Assembly (NCBI GenBank): GCA_951406725.2
Contig: OX597823.1
Location: forward strand, 64,604,001 to 64,668,000
Direction: 5' to 3'
DNA from: Octopus vulgaris
Lineage: Eukaryota
Length of the DNA: 64,000 nucleotides
Shown: piece by piece, positions 51,530 through 64,000 of the stretch
Layout: every line of letters begins with the position of its first letter
How positions within the stretch are numbered: position 1 is the stretch's first letter
Translations under genes and position numbers: made by a program
The notes under the pieces: model-generated
What the model was told of the DNA's origin: nothing
Seen by the model: the letters and a program-made list of their open reading frames with translations, nothing else
The model's database searches: none

Positions 51530-52096
51530 TGATGATAATGATAATAATAGTGATATTAATAAATTATTTCAGACACCTGAACAGACTGCTGTGTATGTTA
51601 AAATCATCATTATTTATTCTCTAACTTTTCAAATGGCATGTAAACATACCTCATCACGACTTTACCTATTACCAAGAGTTTGCATGTTGGAAGTTTTTCC
51701 TATGCTATGTTTATTTGTCTGTCTACATTTACTGTTCACAATATGAATTAGCTGGCACTAAAATCTAGGATTGGAGTTTCTATTATTTGATGTTTCAACT
51801 TGTTGCTGGTACTTTTAATCATAACCATATTACATTGTGTTGTCTTGACTGAATCAGATTGCGATTTGATAAAATTTTCGTTTTTGGTCGTTTGGAAATT
51901 TTGTTGTTTTTTTTTGTTGTTTTTTTTTGTTATAGGGGAGACGAGGGGGGTAAGTGGAGAAAGAGAAAGAGAGAGATAAAGAAAGAAAGAAAGAGAGTGA
52001 AGAAGAGAGGATTAGAGAAAGAAAGAGAGACAAGCAGACAAACAAAAAGAACAATATACACATGCATATACACATACACATACACACATACACATT

Positions 52097-52150
<54 letters not shown>

Positions 52151-52321
52151 GATATAGATATATATATATATCCAAATATATATATATATATATAAACATA
52201 TACTCACACATGTATGTATATGCATGCATGTGTGTATAAGAGAAGGACAGAGAGTAAAGGAGAGGGGTAGAGAAGGCATACAAATATATATATTAAATAT
52301 ATATACATATATATGAATTTA

Positions 52322-52365
<44 letters not shown>

Positions 52366-52418
52366 AACACATACTCATATGTATATTTATGTATGCTTGC
52401 GTGTATGCATATGTGTGT

Positions 52419-52456
<38 letters not shown>

Positions 52457-52661
52457 CAGAGAGAGAGAGATAGAGATGTATTAAGTTTTCAATAGTATTT
52501 TCACTCTATATTTCAACTTGGCACATAACATTTGCTGAATAGCAGAAATGTTATCGTTAATAGCAGTCCATTTGTAATTCATTTTTACCACCACTACCAA
52601 CACCAGCACTAGCACCAGCACCACTGCTGCTGTCGTCACCATCATCGTCATCGTCATCATT

Positions 52662-52703
<42 letters not shown>

Positions 52704-53339
52704 TCTCTCATTTGCTTTTTTTTCTTGTTTTTTCTTGTTTTTTTTCTTGTTTCTTTCTTCTTTTTGTTTTGAGTGGAAATAAATTACAATGGTCAAAAGA
52801 ATTTCGAATTAGTGTAGAAGTCTAATATAATGTAAACAAGTAAACAGATTCAAACAATATTACAGCTTTGCTGCAATAAAGTTTCCATCTATTTTATTAC
52901 ATGTCTTTCTTGTGTAGACTATTAATATTGGAGATTCATTGTGAGTGAAATATATATTTTATTAACGTTTGAAATATTTGATACCTTTTTTCTTTTTTTT
53001 TACTCTAATTTTTCACTTTTCTTACTCAGAGGAGAATTGGCAGTGCCAATAACTGTTTCTTCAGGTTTACCGTCATTCATGGGAAGAAGAGAGGGAAGGT
53101 GGGAATTGACCTTAGACAGACCACCTGAGCCCAAATATTTACAATGATCTGGACTCAGTTACAACAGCTACAAACACCCAAGGATCAAATGGCCGAATGC
53201 TGGTTTTAAACCAGCTGATGTGTTAAATCTACTAAGAAAAGGGCAGAAACTGTCCCTCCATTGTGCTTCAACATAGTTTCTGCATGGTGTGTTTTGAATT
53301 CTCAAGAGTTTGGTTGACCTGAGAATTTGCTGGAAGAGA

Positions 53340-53709
53340 ATTTGCACCATCTGAGTGTGATTGTTGCCAGAGTGGCAATCTGGCTTCCGTGCTGGTGGCA
53401 CGTAAAAAGCACCATTCGAGCATGATCATTACCAGCATTGCCTTACTGGTACCTGTGCCGGTGGCATGTGTAAAAGATTCAAGTGAGGTCGTTGCCAGTA
53501 CCGCCTGACCGGCCCTGTGCCGGTGGCATGTAAAAGCACCCACTACACTCTTGGAGTGGCTGGTGTTATGAAAGGCATCCAGCTGTAGAAACTCTGCTAG
53601 ATCAAGATTGAAGCCTGGTGCAGCCATCTGGTTTGCCAGCCCTCAGTCAAATCGTCCAACCCATGCTAGCATAGAAAGTAGACGATAAACAATGATGATG
53701 ATGATGATG
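53340..53709 (+). mobile_element. RTE-type 3' end with (GAT)n tail
   Basis: Reverse complement of 62272-62680. Confidence 0.75.
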
Positions 53710-55885
53710 CTCACCCAAGATGCTGCACAGTGAAATTGAAACTGAAGACATGTAGTTGTGATACAGACTTCTTAACTACAATTTCATGGCCATGTCCATT
53801 TTCCTTCCCGAATCATGTACTATTCACACCCATTCACATTGAGCATTATCCTCTACATCGTGTAATATACCCTTCATTGTATAGAGTTAGTGGTTAATTA
53901 CCTAGTTTATTTATTAAACAACTGAGTTTTTTAATATAAAATAAGACATACAAACACACATACACACACACACATGTATATATTTATAAAATGGTTAAAG
54001 TTCCTTCTCGTGACATATAGACTCATTGGGTTGGTTTCCTGCTGGACAGGACACCGGAATACTCATTTTTGCCAGCTGAGTGGGCTGAAACAACATGAAA
54101 TGAAGTGTTTTGCTGAAGAACACAACATGTCACCCAGTCCAGGAATTGAAACCACAATCTTATGATCATGAGTCCAACACCCTACCCACTAAGCCATGTG
54201 CTTCCACTACACACAGACACACTGTTGTCATCATCGTCATTATCATCATTGTCATCATGTGTCTGTATTCCATGTTGACATGGATTTGTCAGTTCAACAG
54301 GATACAAGCCAGAGACTGCATTAAGCTCCAATGTCTGCTTTGGTGTGATTTCTATGGTTGTCTATCATTCTTTAACACCAATCACAATACAGAGTGTACT
54401 TGGTGCTTTTTATGTGACACCGGCATCAATGAGGTTTGCCAAGTAACTCACAAGACAAAACCTCTTGAATGACTTCGAGTGCAGTATTGAGGGATATGGA
54501 TTTGTGCTAGGTTTTGAGAAGCAAACGTGTGATAGAGGGACAGGAACAACATCTTGATGTAGAGGAGATACATGTCTAAACCATCAGGAAAAGGAGAATG
54601 GCTGGTGGAGATGAGGTGTTAGGGTTTACCCTCGAGGTAAAAGAAGTGGCTGTGTGGTAAGTAGCTTGCTTACCAACCACATGGTTCCAGGTTCAGTCCC
54701 ACTCCATGGCACCTTGGGCAAGTGTCTTCTAATATAGCCTAAAGGTGCTGCTCCAGCATGGCCACAGTCAAATGACTGAAACAAATAAAAGAGTAAAGAG
54801 ATGAAAGCATAAGGACGGAGGAATCATATGAACAAGAAATCTCAGTGTTTTTGGCATTTATCTCATGAAGTGGTTTCCTATTTACTGCAGCCTGGACCAT
54901 CATGATGATAATAACATTTTACCAAGAACTACATTAGTCAATATTTCTTTCCAGTTTTTAATTGATTCTACTCCTTCCTAACATATGATGCTTAGTGCCT
55001 GTGTTAAAGACAGGACTGTAATTTTTTGAGGGTAGCTGCTTTTTCTAGAAATTTGAGCCGCCACAGAGAGACTCATCTAACAGCAGTATTTGTGTAACAT
55101 TATTGTTTTTGCATAGCTCTAGTTCTCTTGAAGTTCTTCTTCTAAATTTGGCAAGTGTGTTGCAGTCTCTCAGTTAGGAAACAAAATAGAAACCAATAAA
55201 ACTAGTGATGATCTATGCTGGAAAGTAGATAAATGCTATTAAAAAACAAACAAGAAGGTGGTCAGGAAATGGTTAATAAAATTCCTAAGTCACTCAACTT
55301 ATTCATAGATTCTATTTTCATATAGTTTTGTTCTTCCTTCTTTTCTGAGATCTTTATTATATAAAAATTCCTCTCTTGTGTATCATCTTGTGTTTTAAGA
55401 ACTGAATTCTTTAACGTCAATGTGACTGTCACAAATGATTAGGTACCAGAATTATTCCCCATTGTCATATACCTCCAAGACTGTTCTATTGTCATTGTTG
55501 TTTAGTTTGAGTTCAGCCTGATCCAATAAACCTCTGATCAAAGATATTCTTTCTTTATCAATTTTTGTATATCTGTAACTACATTATGCAATGTAGGCTT
55601 CCCATTTTTAAGATGGTCTGGTGGGATTTGAGGATATATGGTTGCTGTTTCTATCATGTCAAGAGACCAAATGGAAACCCTATCATTAGTTCATGTTTTC
55701 ATATTATCCTTTGTTGTTGACGATGCTGATGATGCCACTGTTGCTACTTCAGAGCTCTTTAAGTGGATATTGAATGTAATCTTTGATCTTTCCACGCTGT
55801 AAAAAAATTTAATTACCAGATATATAAAGAAAAATTAATTACTAAGCATGTATTGGCTAATTGCTGCAATTGAGACTGAAAGTGA

Positions 55886-56082
55886 GGAGAGAGAATGTGA
55901 AAGAGAGGGAGAGAGAGAAATGAGAGAGAGAGGGAGAATGTGAAAGAGAGGGAGAGAGAAATGAGAGAGAGAATGTGAAAGAGAGGGAGAGAGAGAAATG
56001 AGAGAGAGGGAGAATGTGAAAGAGAGGGAGAGAGAAAATGAGAGGGAGAATGTGAAAGAGAGGGAGAGAGAGAGAGAGAGAG
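55886..56082. repeat. compound purine repeat with gagaatgtgaaagagaggga units
   Basis: Five recurrences of aatgtgaaagagaggga. Confidence 0.85.
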
Positions 56083-56169
56083 CTGTTGTTACTGATGCTG
56101 ATTAAGCAAAGGATAGCCTTCTTCTAGCAGACAAATGAACAAAGGCATTTCAGTTATCTTCCATATTTT

Positions 56170-57022
56170 ATGTTTTGCTTGTTTCAGTCATTGGACTGGG
56201 GCCATGCTAGAGTACCAACATGAAGGGGTTAGGGAAACAAGTTACCCGCCAGTACTTATTTTGTTTAAGCTTGGTACTCAGTCTATTGTTTCTTTTGTTG
56301 AACTGCTAGGCTATAGGAATGGAAACAAACCAACACTGGTTGTCAAGTGGTGATGCTGGACCAGACACCACTTGACAGTGAACTGGCAGAAACATTAGCA
56401 CGCCGGGCAAAATGCTTAGTGGTATTTCATCTGCTGTTACATTCTGAGTTCAAATTCCACCAAGGTTGACTTTCCCTTTCATCACTTCGGGGTCGATAAA
56501 TTAAGTACCAGTTACACACTGGGATCAATGTAATCGACTTAATCCGTTTGTCTGTACTTGTATGTCCTCTCTGTGTTTAGCCCCTTGTGGGTAGCAAAGA
56601 AACAGGTATTTCATCTGCCGTTACGTTTTGAGTTCAGATTCCACCAAGGTAAACTTTCCATTTCATCACTTCGGGGTCGATAAATTAAGTACCAGTTACG
56701 CACTGGGGTTGATGTAATCGACTTAATTTCTTTGTCTGTCCTTGTTTGTCCCCTCTATGTTTAGCCCCCTGTGGGCAATAAAGAAATAGATGCTGGAACA
56801 GACACAATGACATAAAAGCACACACACACACACACACACACATACACACACACACACATATACACACATGCATACACATGACAGGCTTCCAGGCTTCTTT
56901 CAGTTTCCATCTACTAAATCTACTCACAAGGTTTTAGTAAAAAACTTGCCCTAGTGTCTACACAGTGGGACTGAACCTGGAACCATGTGGTTGGGAAGCA
57001 TGCTTCTTACCACACTGCCATA
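56170..57022 (-). mobile_element. older SINE family A interrupted by a SINE B dimer
   Basis: Tail at 56170-56368, head at 56880-57022. Confidence 0.7.
56369..56788 (+). mobile_element. SINE family B dimer, both units with Tx1-type tails, 17-bp TSD
   Basis: Tails ttagccccttgtgggtagcaaagaaac and ttagccccctgtgggcaataaagaaata. TSD gatgctgga(c/a)cagacac at 56352-56368 / 56789-56805. Confidence 0.85.
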
Positions 57023-57729
57023 CCTTGTAACTCCATTACCAATTTTTTAAGAATGCAAGATGTGAAGTAAGGGATATTTAGCTGTTAATTGTAACAAGTC
57101 AAGCAACCAGATAGAGGCATTCTCTTTGGCTCAGAGTGGACAGTAGGAGGTGGAAAACATGTTAGAAGGGGAGAAATAAAATGGGAAGGAATGGTAGGAA
57201 AAGATAGAGTAAATGTATAGGGAAAATGTTGAAATAGAGAATTAAAAGGAAGAGGAACAACCATGGTCTATGTTTTAAAAGCACTCATACACCCTGTTAA
57301 GGGGATGGCATTAGGAAGGGCATCCAGCTGAACCTGGCAGATCTCTCTAGCTTGTCTGGTCTTGTGGAACCATCTAACCCATGCCAGCATGGAAAAAGGA
57401 CATTAAAAGATAATGATGACAATGATGATGATGATGATAAATGTGCGTGTGAGTATGTATTTATATAAGTAGATAAAAGGGATGGAAGAGGTTATTGTGT
57501 ACTACAATTGTTTCAAAAATCACTATGTGTGTTACATAAGATTTTGAATATCCATAACTGTTTGGTGTATTTTCTCATTAGGTACACATGACTTTTATAA
57601 TTGAAAATAATCTTTACTTAATGCATTGATTAATGAATTTTACTGATTAATTCTTCAGTCATCTAAGTTTCTATACAAGCTGTTGTGCTAGAGACTAACA
57701 AATCACAATAACTCGATTAATCCTTCTAC

Positions 57730-57733
57730 ATTA

Positions 57734-57789
<56 letters not shown>

Positions 57790-58241
57790 GAGTGAGAGAG
57801 CAGTGCATGCCATCAGTGACACTGGGGTACAAATATACATAGTCCAGTACACCCCACCCATGACTACCCATCTGATAAGGGTACACCAGACATGCATCAC
57901 AACCATATGTGCATGACATGGAGATCTCATATCAAGATGAACAGTGCAGTCAAGGCCCTGTCAGAATTTTCTTCAAAAGGTCTCTGCATAAGATTTGTTT
58001 AAGGAGGGTTATGATGCTCCCCCACTACCTCTGCTCATGATCAGAGATGCACATATCATCAACCACTAAGGGACATGCTCAACTGGTTGAGGTCAAACAA
58101 CTGATAAGCAAATTTGCAGTATTGAGCAGAATATTTGCTGCAGGCTATCTTTTTCACCAAGACAAAACATGCCCATGCTAACACTTCCAATCTGTTAAGA
58201 TCAGAAGCCATGAAAGCCATTGCTTTGTACTGCATCAGGGC

Positions 58242-58278
<37 letters not shown>

Positions 58279-58575
58279 GAGTGAAAGAGCAGTGCATGCC
58301 ATCAAAGTGACACTGGGGTAAAATATATGAAGCCCTGTATACCCATCATGACAACCCATCTGATACCAGGCACATGCATTACAACCATATGTATGCAACA
58401 TGATTATCTCATATCAAGATAAACATCACATGACCTTGCAGGTGGGGCCCAGTTAGAATTTTCTTCAGGTTGAATAGTTCAAAAAGTCCTTGAATAAGGG
58501 TTGTTTAAGGATGTTGGTACTGCATTAGGGCATAGCCAAGAGAGACAGTGCCTGGTACTGCATCAGGGCATATTA
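57730..58575 (-). mobile_element. tandem copies of a (TAA)n-tailed interspersed repeat
   Basis: gagtga.agagcagtgcatgccatca...atcaagat occurs at 57789 and 58278, each abutting (TTA)n. Confidence 0.6.
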
Positions 58576-58811
58576 CTACTACTACTACTACTACTATAGT
58601 AGTGAGCTGGCAGAATTGTTAAAACACTGGGCAAAATGCTTAGTGGTAGTTTTTCTGTCTTTACATTCTGAGTTCAAATTCTGGCAAAGTCGACTTTGCC
58701 TTTCATCCCTTTGAAGTTGATGAAATAAGTACCAGTTATGCATTTGGGTTGATGTAATCGACTTGCTCCCTCCTCCAAAGATTCAGGTTTTGTGATTATA
58801 ATATTATTATT

Positions 58812-59064
58812 TTTTTTATCTCAGGTTTTTTGGTTGTAACTCTTAGAGTCTTGAATGTATAGCAGGCTTGCTTCCTACAGCCTATGGTACCATGCTATAT
58901 GTTATTTTCAGCTATCTAATACTTTCCTGATTATTCTGTGATACCAAGGAGGCAAACCTTTTTGTAACAGTTCTGCTGGGAACTCTATTCCAATTTCCTT
59001 TATATTCCTCTTGATACCTTTTAATACTGTCTCCAAGGACCCAATAGTAATAAGCATTATCTTC

Positions 59065-59065
<1 letters not shown>
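58812..59065 (-). mobile_element. very degenerate R4/Dong-like 3' fragment
   Basis: Frameshifted IGSLETV...ELLQK..LLG..RIIRKVLDS* between TAA repeats. Confidence 0.55.
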
Positions 59066-59130
<65 letters not shown>

Positions 59131-60944
59131 CATCATTATCATCATCATCATCATCATTGAAGAAGCAAGCTGGCATTTCGTCTTTCTTTACGTTCTGAGT
59201 TCAAATTTTACCGAGGTCGACTTTGCCTTTCATCCTTTCAGGGTCGATAAAATATGTACCAATTGAACACTGAGGTCGATCTAATTGACTTGTCCCCTCC
59301 TCCAAAATTGCTGCCCTTGTGGCAAAATTTGAAACCTTTATTATTATTATTATTATTATTATTATGATGTAAATACATATGAATGTATGTATGTATGTTT
59401 ACATTTCTTCAATATTGCAATGGGACTTGTGCATACATTCAATAATAATTATATTGGTGTTTATCTCTAGTTTCTGCAGTGTGGAGTTGATCAGAGACAC
59501 AAATCTACTGATAGACACGAAAAGAGTCTATGGCATCAGGAGATTTTCTTATTATTAGAATTTATCTTAGTTCTACAAACTAATAAAAAAGCAAGCAATC
59601 ACCATATTCACAGTGTTACCATCACTTGCTGAAATGAACTGTTTTACATTGAAGTATATAGTTACAGTGGTATATACTTCATAAATGAAATATATTACTA
59701 TGAAGTGTCTATTCAGAACTAGGGAAAATGGAACATTTAGAAATTTAAGTGTACTGGCCATGAACACAATGTAGGGAGCTGTTGAAAGCTTGGGAATTAT
59801 CGACAACCTGGTTGCAGGTTCCTTAACTCTTGGACAGCTTCAAAATGAGTTTTGGCTGCATTGATCCTCTTCCTTCAGTGCCTGTTACTGTCAAACTGAC
59901 CACTTGCATCAAACTGATCCCTTAACTTCTGGGATCTGTGAGACTGACTTCTTCACTCTTCTCTCAGACTCCTTGGCTACTAGTCTCTATTAAATTAACC
60001 ACTTAATCTAAGTCAATGCCTTAGGTCTCTCTCTCTCTCAATGAAAGTGAACTATGAGCTGCTTTTCTCTACCATGCTGATTTCTTTCACTGCCAGACTG
60101 ACCGCTTGGCTACTTATCTTCAATCCAATCTTTAAGTTGTTGATCTTTACTGAACTGTCTTTTTGATTGTCAGAGGTCTTTATCAAAGTATATATCTGAA
60201 CATTCTTTTATTAAGGGATTCAGGTTATAACTTGTAATGAAGTCTAATGTAATGGAGTTGATACACAGTAACATTGTAACATTGACATTAGGCTAATGAT
60301 ACACAAACAATTTTTTTAGAAATTCTAGTTGATATCGGATGGATGTATTACTATCTTACTGTTTTGCTCTTTTTCTAGTTCCTATTGATGGGCTTGGTTC
60401 GTGCTGGAGTGTTGTTATCGATTGACAGTTTTTGTAAAGAAATTTTTTTCTAAAAACCATTAAAAAACCCCATTTACTTAGTGAACTTTTAAATGGTTTC
60501 AAGATAGTTCTTCTATTGAAACATTTTTACATAATGACTCAATTGTTATCTCACTATCTTTGATTTAGAATTCTAAGGAATGGTCAGAGTCTCAAGATCT
60601 ATTTATTTCCAAAGCAACAACAAAATCTTTCAAAACGAAGCTTAATTTTAGATGAAACTCTACAGATGGTGCCTTGATCAAGTACAATGGATGCAGGGAT
60701 ATAGCCCAAGTTATTCAACTCTGTTACTTACAATGAAACATAGTGTTCTCCTTACCATTTCCCCAGAGCTTTCAAACATAGTCTGTTGATTTTTGTATTC
60801 AAAGTTGTATTTGAAAGATATAAAAAGCTCACTGTTCCATTATTTTGTCAAAGTATTATGGCAAAATTTGTAGAAAAGAAGTTAAGCAAGTTTCTGGCAG
60901 CTTCTGACTCTGGTTCAAATTTAATTCTTGCTTGAGGGAAGTTC

Positions 60945-61080
60945 AATGTGTAGCAAGAAGCTTGTGGTCTGGTCGTGAGTTCAATCCTACTGTATATCGT
61001 TTTAAGCAAATATCTTCCACTATTGTAAGAGCCAACCAAAATATTATGAGTGGATTTGGTAAACAGAAACTGGAAGAAGT

Positions 61081-61138
<58 letters not shown>

Positions 61139-61495
61139 AAGGCATCCACTAGAAACACTGCCAGATGATGGGCTGATGAGCTCTGCCCAGATGAACTACC
61201 ATGCTGCATGGAAAACGGATGCTAACGACGTATGATATGATGATGATATATATATATATATATATATATGATGTATATATATATATATTTTGGGTGGGTG
61301 TCTTTGTGTCATTGTTCATAGCCCACCATCACCACTTGATAACTGGCACTAGTTCGTTTATGACTTAGCAATTCGGCAAAAAGAGATTGATAGATAAGGA
61401 CCCGGCTTAAAAATAAGTACTTGGGCCAATTTGTTTAACTAAAGGCTGTGTCCCAACATGGCCACAGTCCAAAAACTGAAACAAGTAAAAGATAA
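60945..61495 (+). mobile_element. old SINE family A with an RTE-tail fragment inserted
   Basis: Degenerate head, (TA)n, gaaggcatcca...(gat)n insert at 61138-61247, then family-A tail. Confidence 0.6.
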
Positions 61496-62067
61496 CTGGA
61501 CAAAAGCTCCCAATCTTCAGCTGTCTCTTTTCATATTCCCTCCCCTCCCCACCACTTGTGGTCATTGGGTGCCTTTAGCAAATCCACTCTGTCGCAGGAA
61601 TTCAAACTAGGTTTTTAGTGTGAGTATAACTTCTTCTACTCCACCAGTTGTGGGCATCTTCCTTCCTTGGTATAAGTAGGTAATTAAAAACTGAAAACTC
61701 TACATGGTTAAAGGTAAAGAGCTCATAAGGGCCAATTTCCCAATTTCTATTTTGTATAAGTTCCCCATCTGGATGGGATGCTGGCCCATCACAGAATTAC
61801 TCATTTTCCCCATCTTAGTGAACTGGAGCAATGTGAAATGAAGTATTTTTTGCTCAAGAACACAACACATTACCTGGTCCAGGAATCGAAACCACAATCT
61901 TACGATTATGAGTCCAGTGCCCTAGCCACTAAGCCACATGGTGCCTCCCCTACTCTACATGGTTGCATGACCTGCAGAAAATAGCAGCCTAGTCTCCCTC
62001 TAATGTTGGATGTATTACACTTAAGACAAAAACATAATGATCACAACTAAAAGGAATGTCTTTGATT

Positions 62068-62271
62068 TTAACCCTTTCACATTCAGATTACTCTGTTGAA
62101 TGTAATACTTATTTCTTCACATAGTTTTGAATTAATCATATATTATCTTGCAGCTTTGAGATTTTGATGGTGTGATTAATTATTTTTTAAAGTGGCATTG
62201 TAGGGTATGTGTGAGGAGAGGTCATATCAGACCAGTTTGAACATAAAGTAAGTAGAATATCTGGGCCTCAT

Positions 62272-62331
<60 letters not shown>

Positions 62332-63088
62332 GTTGAATGTCTGCTTTCCATGCTAGCATGGGTTGGATGATTTTGACTGAGGGCTGGCGAACCAAATGGC
62401 TGCACCAGGCTCAATTCTTGATCTGGCAGAGTTTCTACAGCTGGATGCCCTTCCTAATGCCAACTACTCCAAGAGTGTAGTGGGTGCTTTTTACGTGCCA
62501 CTGGCACGGAGGCCAGTCAGGCGGTACTGGCAGCAACCTTGCTTGAATCTTTTTACACATGCCACCGGCAGAGGTGCCAATAAGGCGACACTGGTAACGA
62601 ACACGTTCGAATGGTGCCTTTTACGTGCCACCAGCACTGAAGCCAGTTAGCCGCTCTGGCAACGATCATGCTCGGATGGTGCTCTTGGCACCCTACTAGC
62701 ACAGGCACAAGTGCCAATAAGGCAATGCTAGTAACGATCACACTTAAATGGTGCCTTTTATGTGCCACTGGCATGGAAGCTGGTTAGCCACTCTGTTAAA
62801 GATGGTGCTCTTTGCACCCCGCTAACACAGATGCCAGTCATCGAATTTGATTTTGATTTCACTTGCCTCAACAGGTCTTCGCAAGCAGAGTTTAGTGCCC
62901 AAAGAAGGAAAAGGTATGCATAAGTGGGCTAGTTACGATCCTGGCATAAGCCACGAGGTTATGGTCTCATTTGGTTTGCCGGGTCTTCTCAAGCATATTT
63001 CCAAAAGTCTCGGTCACTAGTCATTTCCTTGGTGAGGCCTAACGTTCGAAGGTCGTGCTTCGGCTGATTTAAATACTAAAGGGCTAAA
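62068..63088 (+). mobile_element. piggyBac-like MITE interrupted by an RTE fragment
   Basis: ttaaccctttcacattcagattactctg ... aatactaaagggctaa. Confidence 0.6.
62272..63060 (-). mobile_element. 5'-truncated RTE-clade LINE 3' end with (GAT)n tail
   Basis: Colinear with 1422-2143; begins KHDLRTLGLTKEMTSDRD. Confidence 0.75.
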
Positions 63089-63859
63089 TATGTTCAGTTA
63101 TGGCAGTTATAAATTCTAAACAACAACAGCAACAGTGATAATGAGGACATTAATAACAACAACAAGAACGGTAGTAAAATAATATAGCTTCTTTGTGTTT
63201 TGGAAAAATAGAATTCCTTATTTTGTCAATATATCAATATTACATAACCACTCATGCCAGCCACTCTTGAAACAATAAACGACTACAGTAACAGCATTAC
63301 ATTCTCCTACAAGCATTTATTCAACTTAAAATATGTCATTAGATCCAACAAATTGTTTTATAGAACAATATCCACTTCAGATCTGATATTTATTTATTGA
63401 ATAAACACAAATATGTTATGAAGTAGAACATTTTTTGAATATTTTTTTCATATTTCGTATCTTGTTTTGTCTACATAAACTGAAAATAAGAATATAAAAT
63501 TCCTTCATTCAATGAAATGTTGTCTATAAAATGTCTATATATCAATTGTTATAGGTTTACATAAATATATAAATACATACATACATATACAAACACATAC
63601 ATACAGAAACATATGCACACACATATACATATATATATACAACTGAATCTTATATATACACACACATACATATATATATACATACATATATGTGTATATA
63701 TATATATATATATACATTTATATATACACATATACATACATATATATATGCACATATATACATATATATGTATGTATGTATATCTATACATAATATACCC
63801 GTGCTAGCGCAGAAAACGGACGTTAAACGATGACGATGACGACGACATACATACATACA

Positions 63860-63945
<86 letters not shown>

Positions 63946-64000
63946 TATAAATATGTCTGTATGTATGTATGTATTCTCTTTCTTTTCTTATATTACTGCT

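Noticed and set aside
53195-53300. AGFKPADVLNLLRKGQKL resembling a tyrosine-kinase C-lobe segment
   Set aside because: Short, frameshifted, with no other kinase motifs or splice support; would need blastx.

Overview
Repeat-saturated, AT-rich animal DNA with abundant (TA)n, (TAA)n and (CAT)n microsatellites. The SINE repertoire resembles octopus (inference from recalled families). No complete host gene is visible; there are only one or two candidate exons. The main object spans 15557-27267: a putative non-autonomous Helitron (5'-TC, subterminal hairpin, CTAG-3', A/T insertion) carrying a decayed fragment of a Tx1/L1-type ORF1. That fragment is split at a single point by a head-to-tail stack of four Tx1-clade non-LTR elements: two near-identical ORF1-only elements, a third divergent ORF1-only element, and one full-length ORF1+ORF2 (APE-RT-CCHC) LINE. 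All four end in the same GCCCCTT(A)GTGGGT..AATAAA tail, and nested target-site duplications give an insertion order. The same tail caps a tRNA-derived SINE subfamily elsewhere in the window. Also present: a DD34E Tc1 element with IR/DR ends nested in a foldback element, a DD34D mariner, R4/Dong-like RLE LINE fragments in (TAA)n, RTE 3' ends, piggyBac-like and Tc1-like MITEs, a small Helitron, several long hairpins, and a tRNA-headed foldback element with a degenerate hammerhead-like motif.
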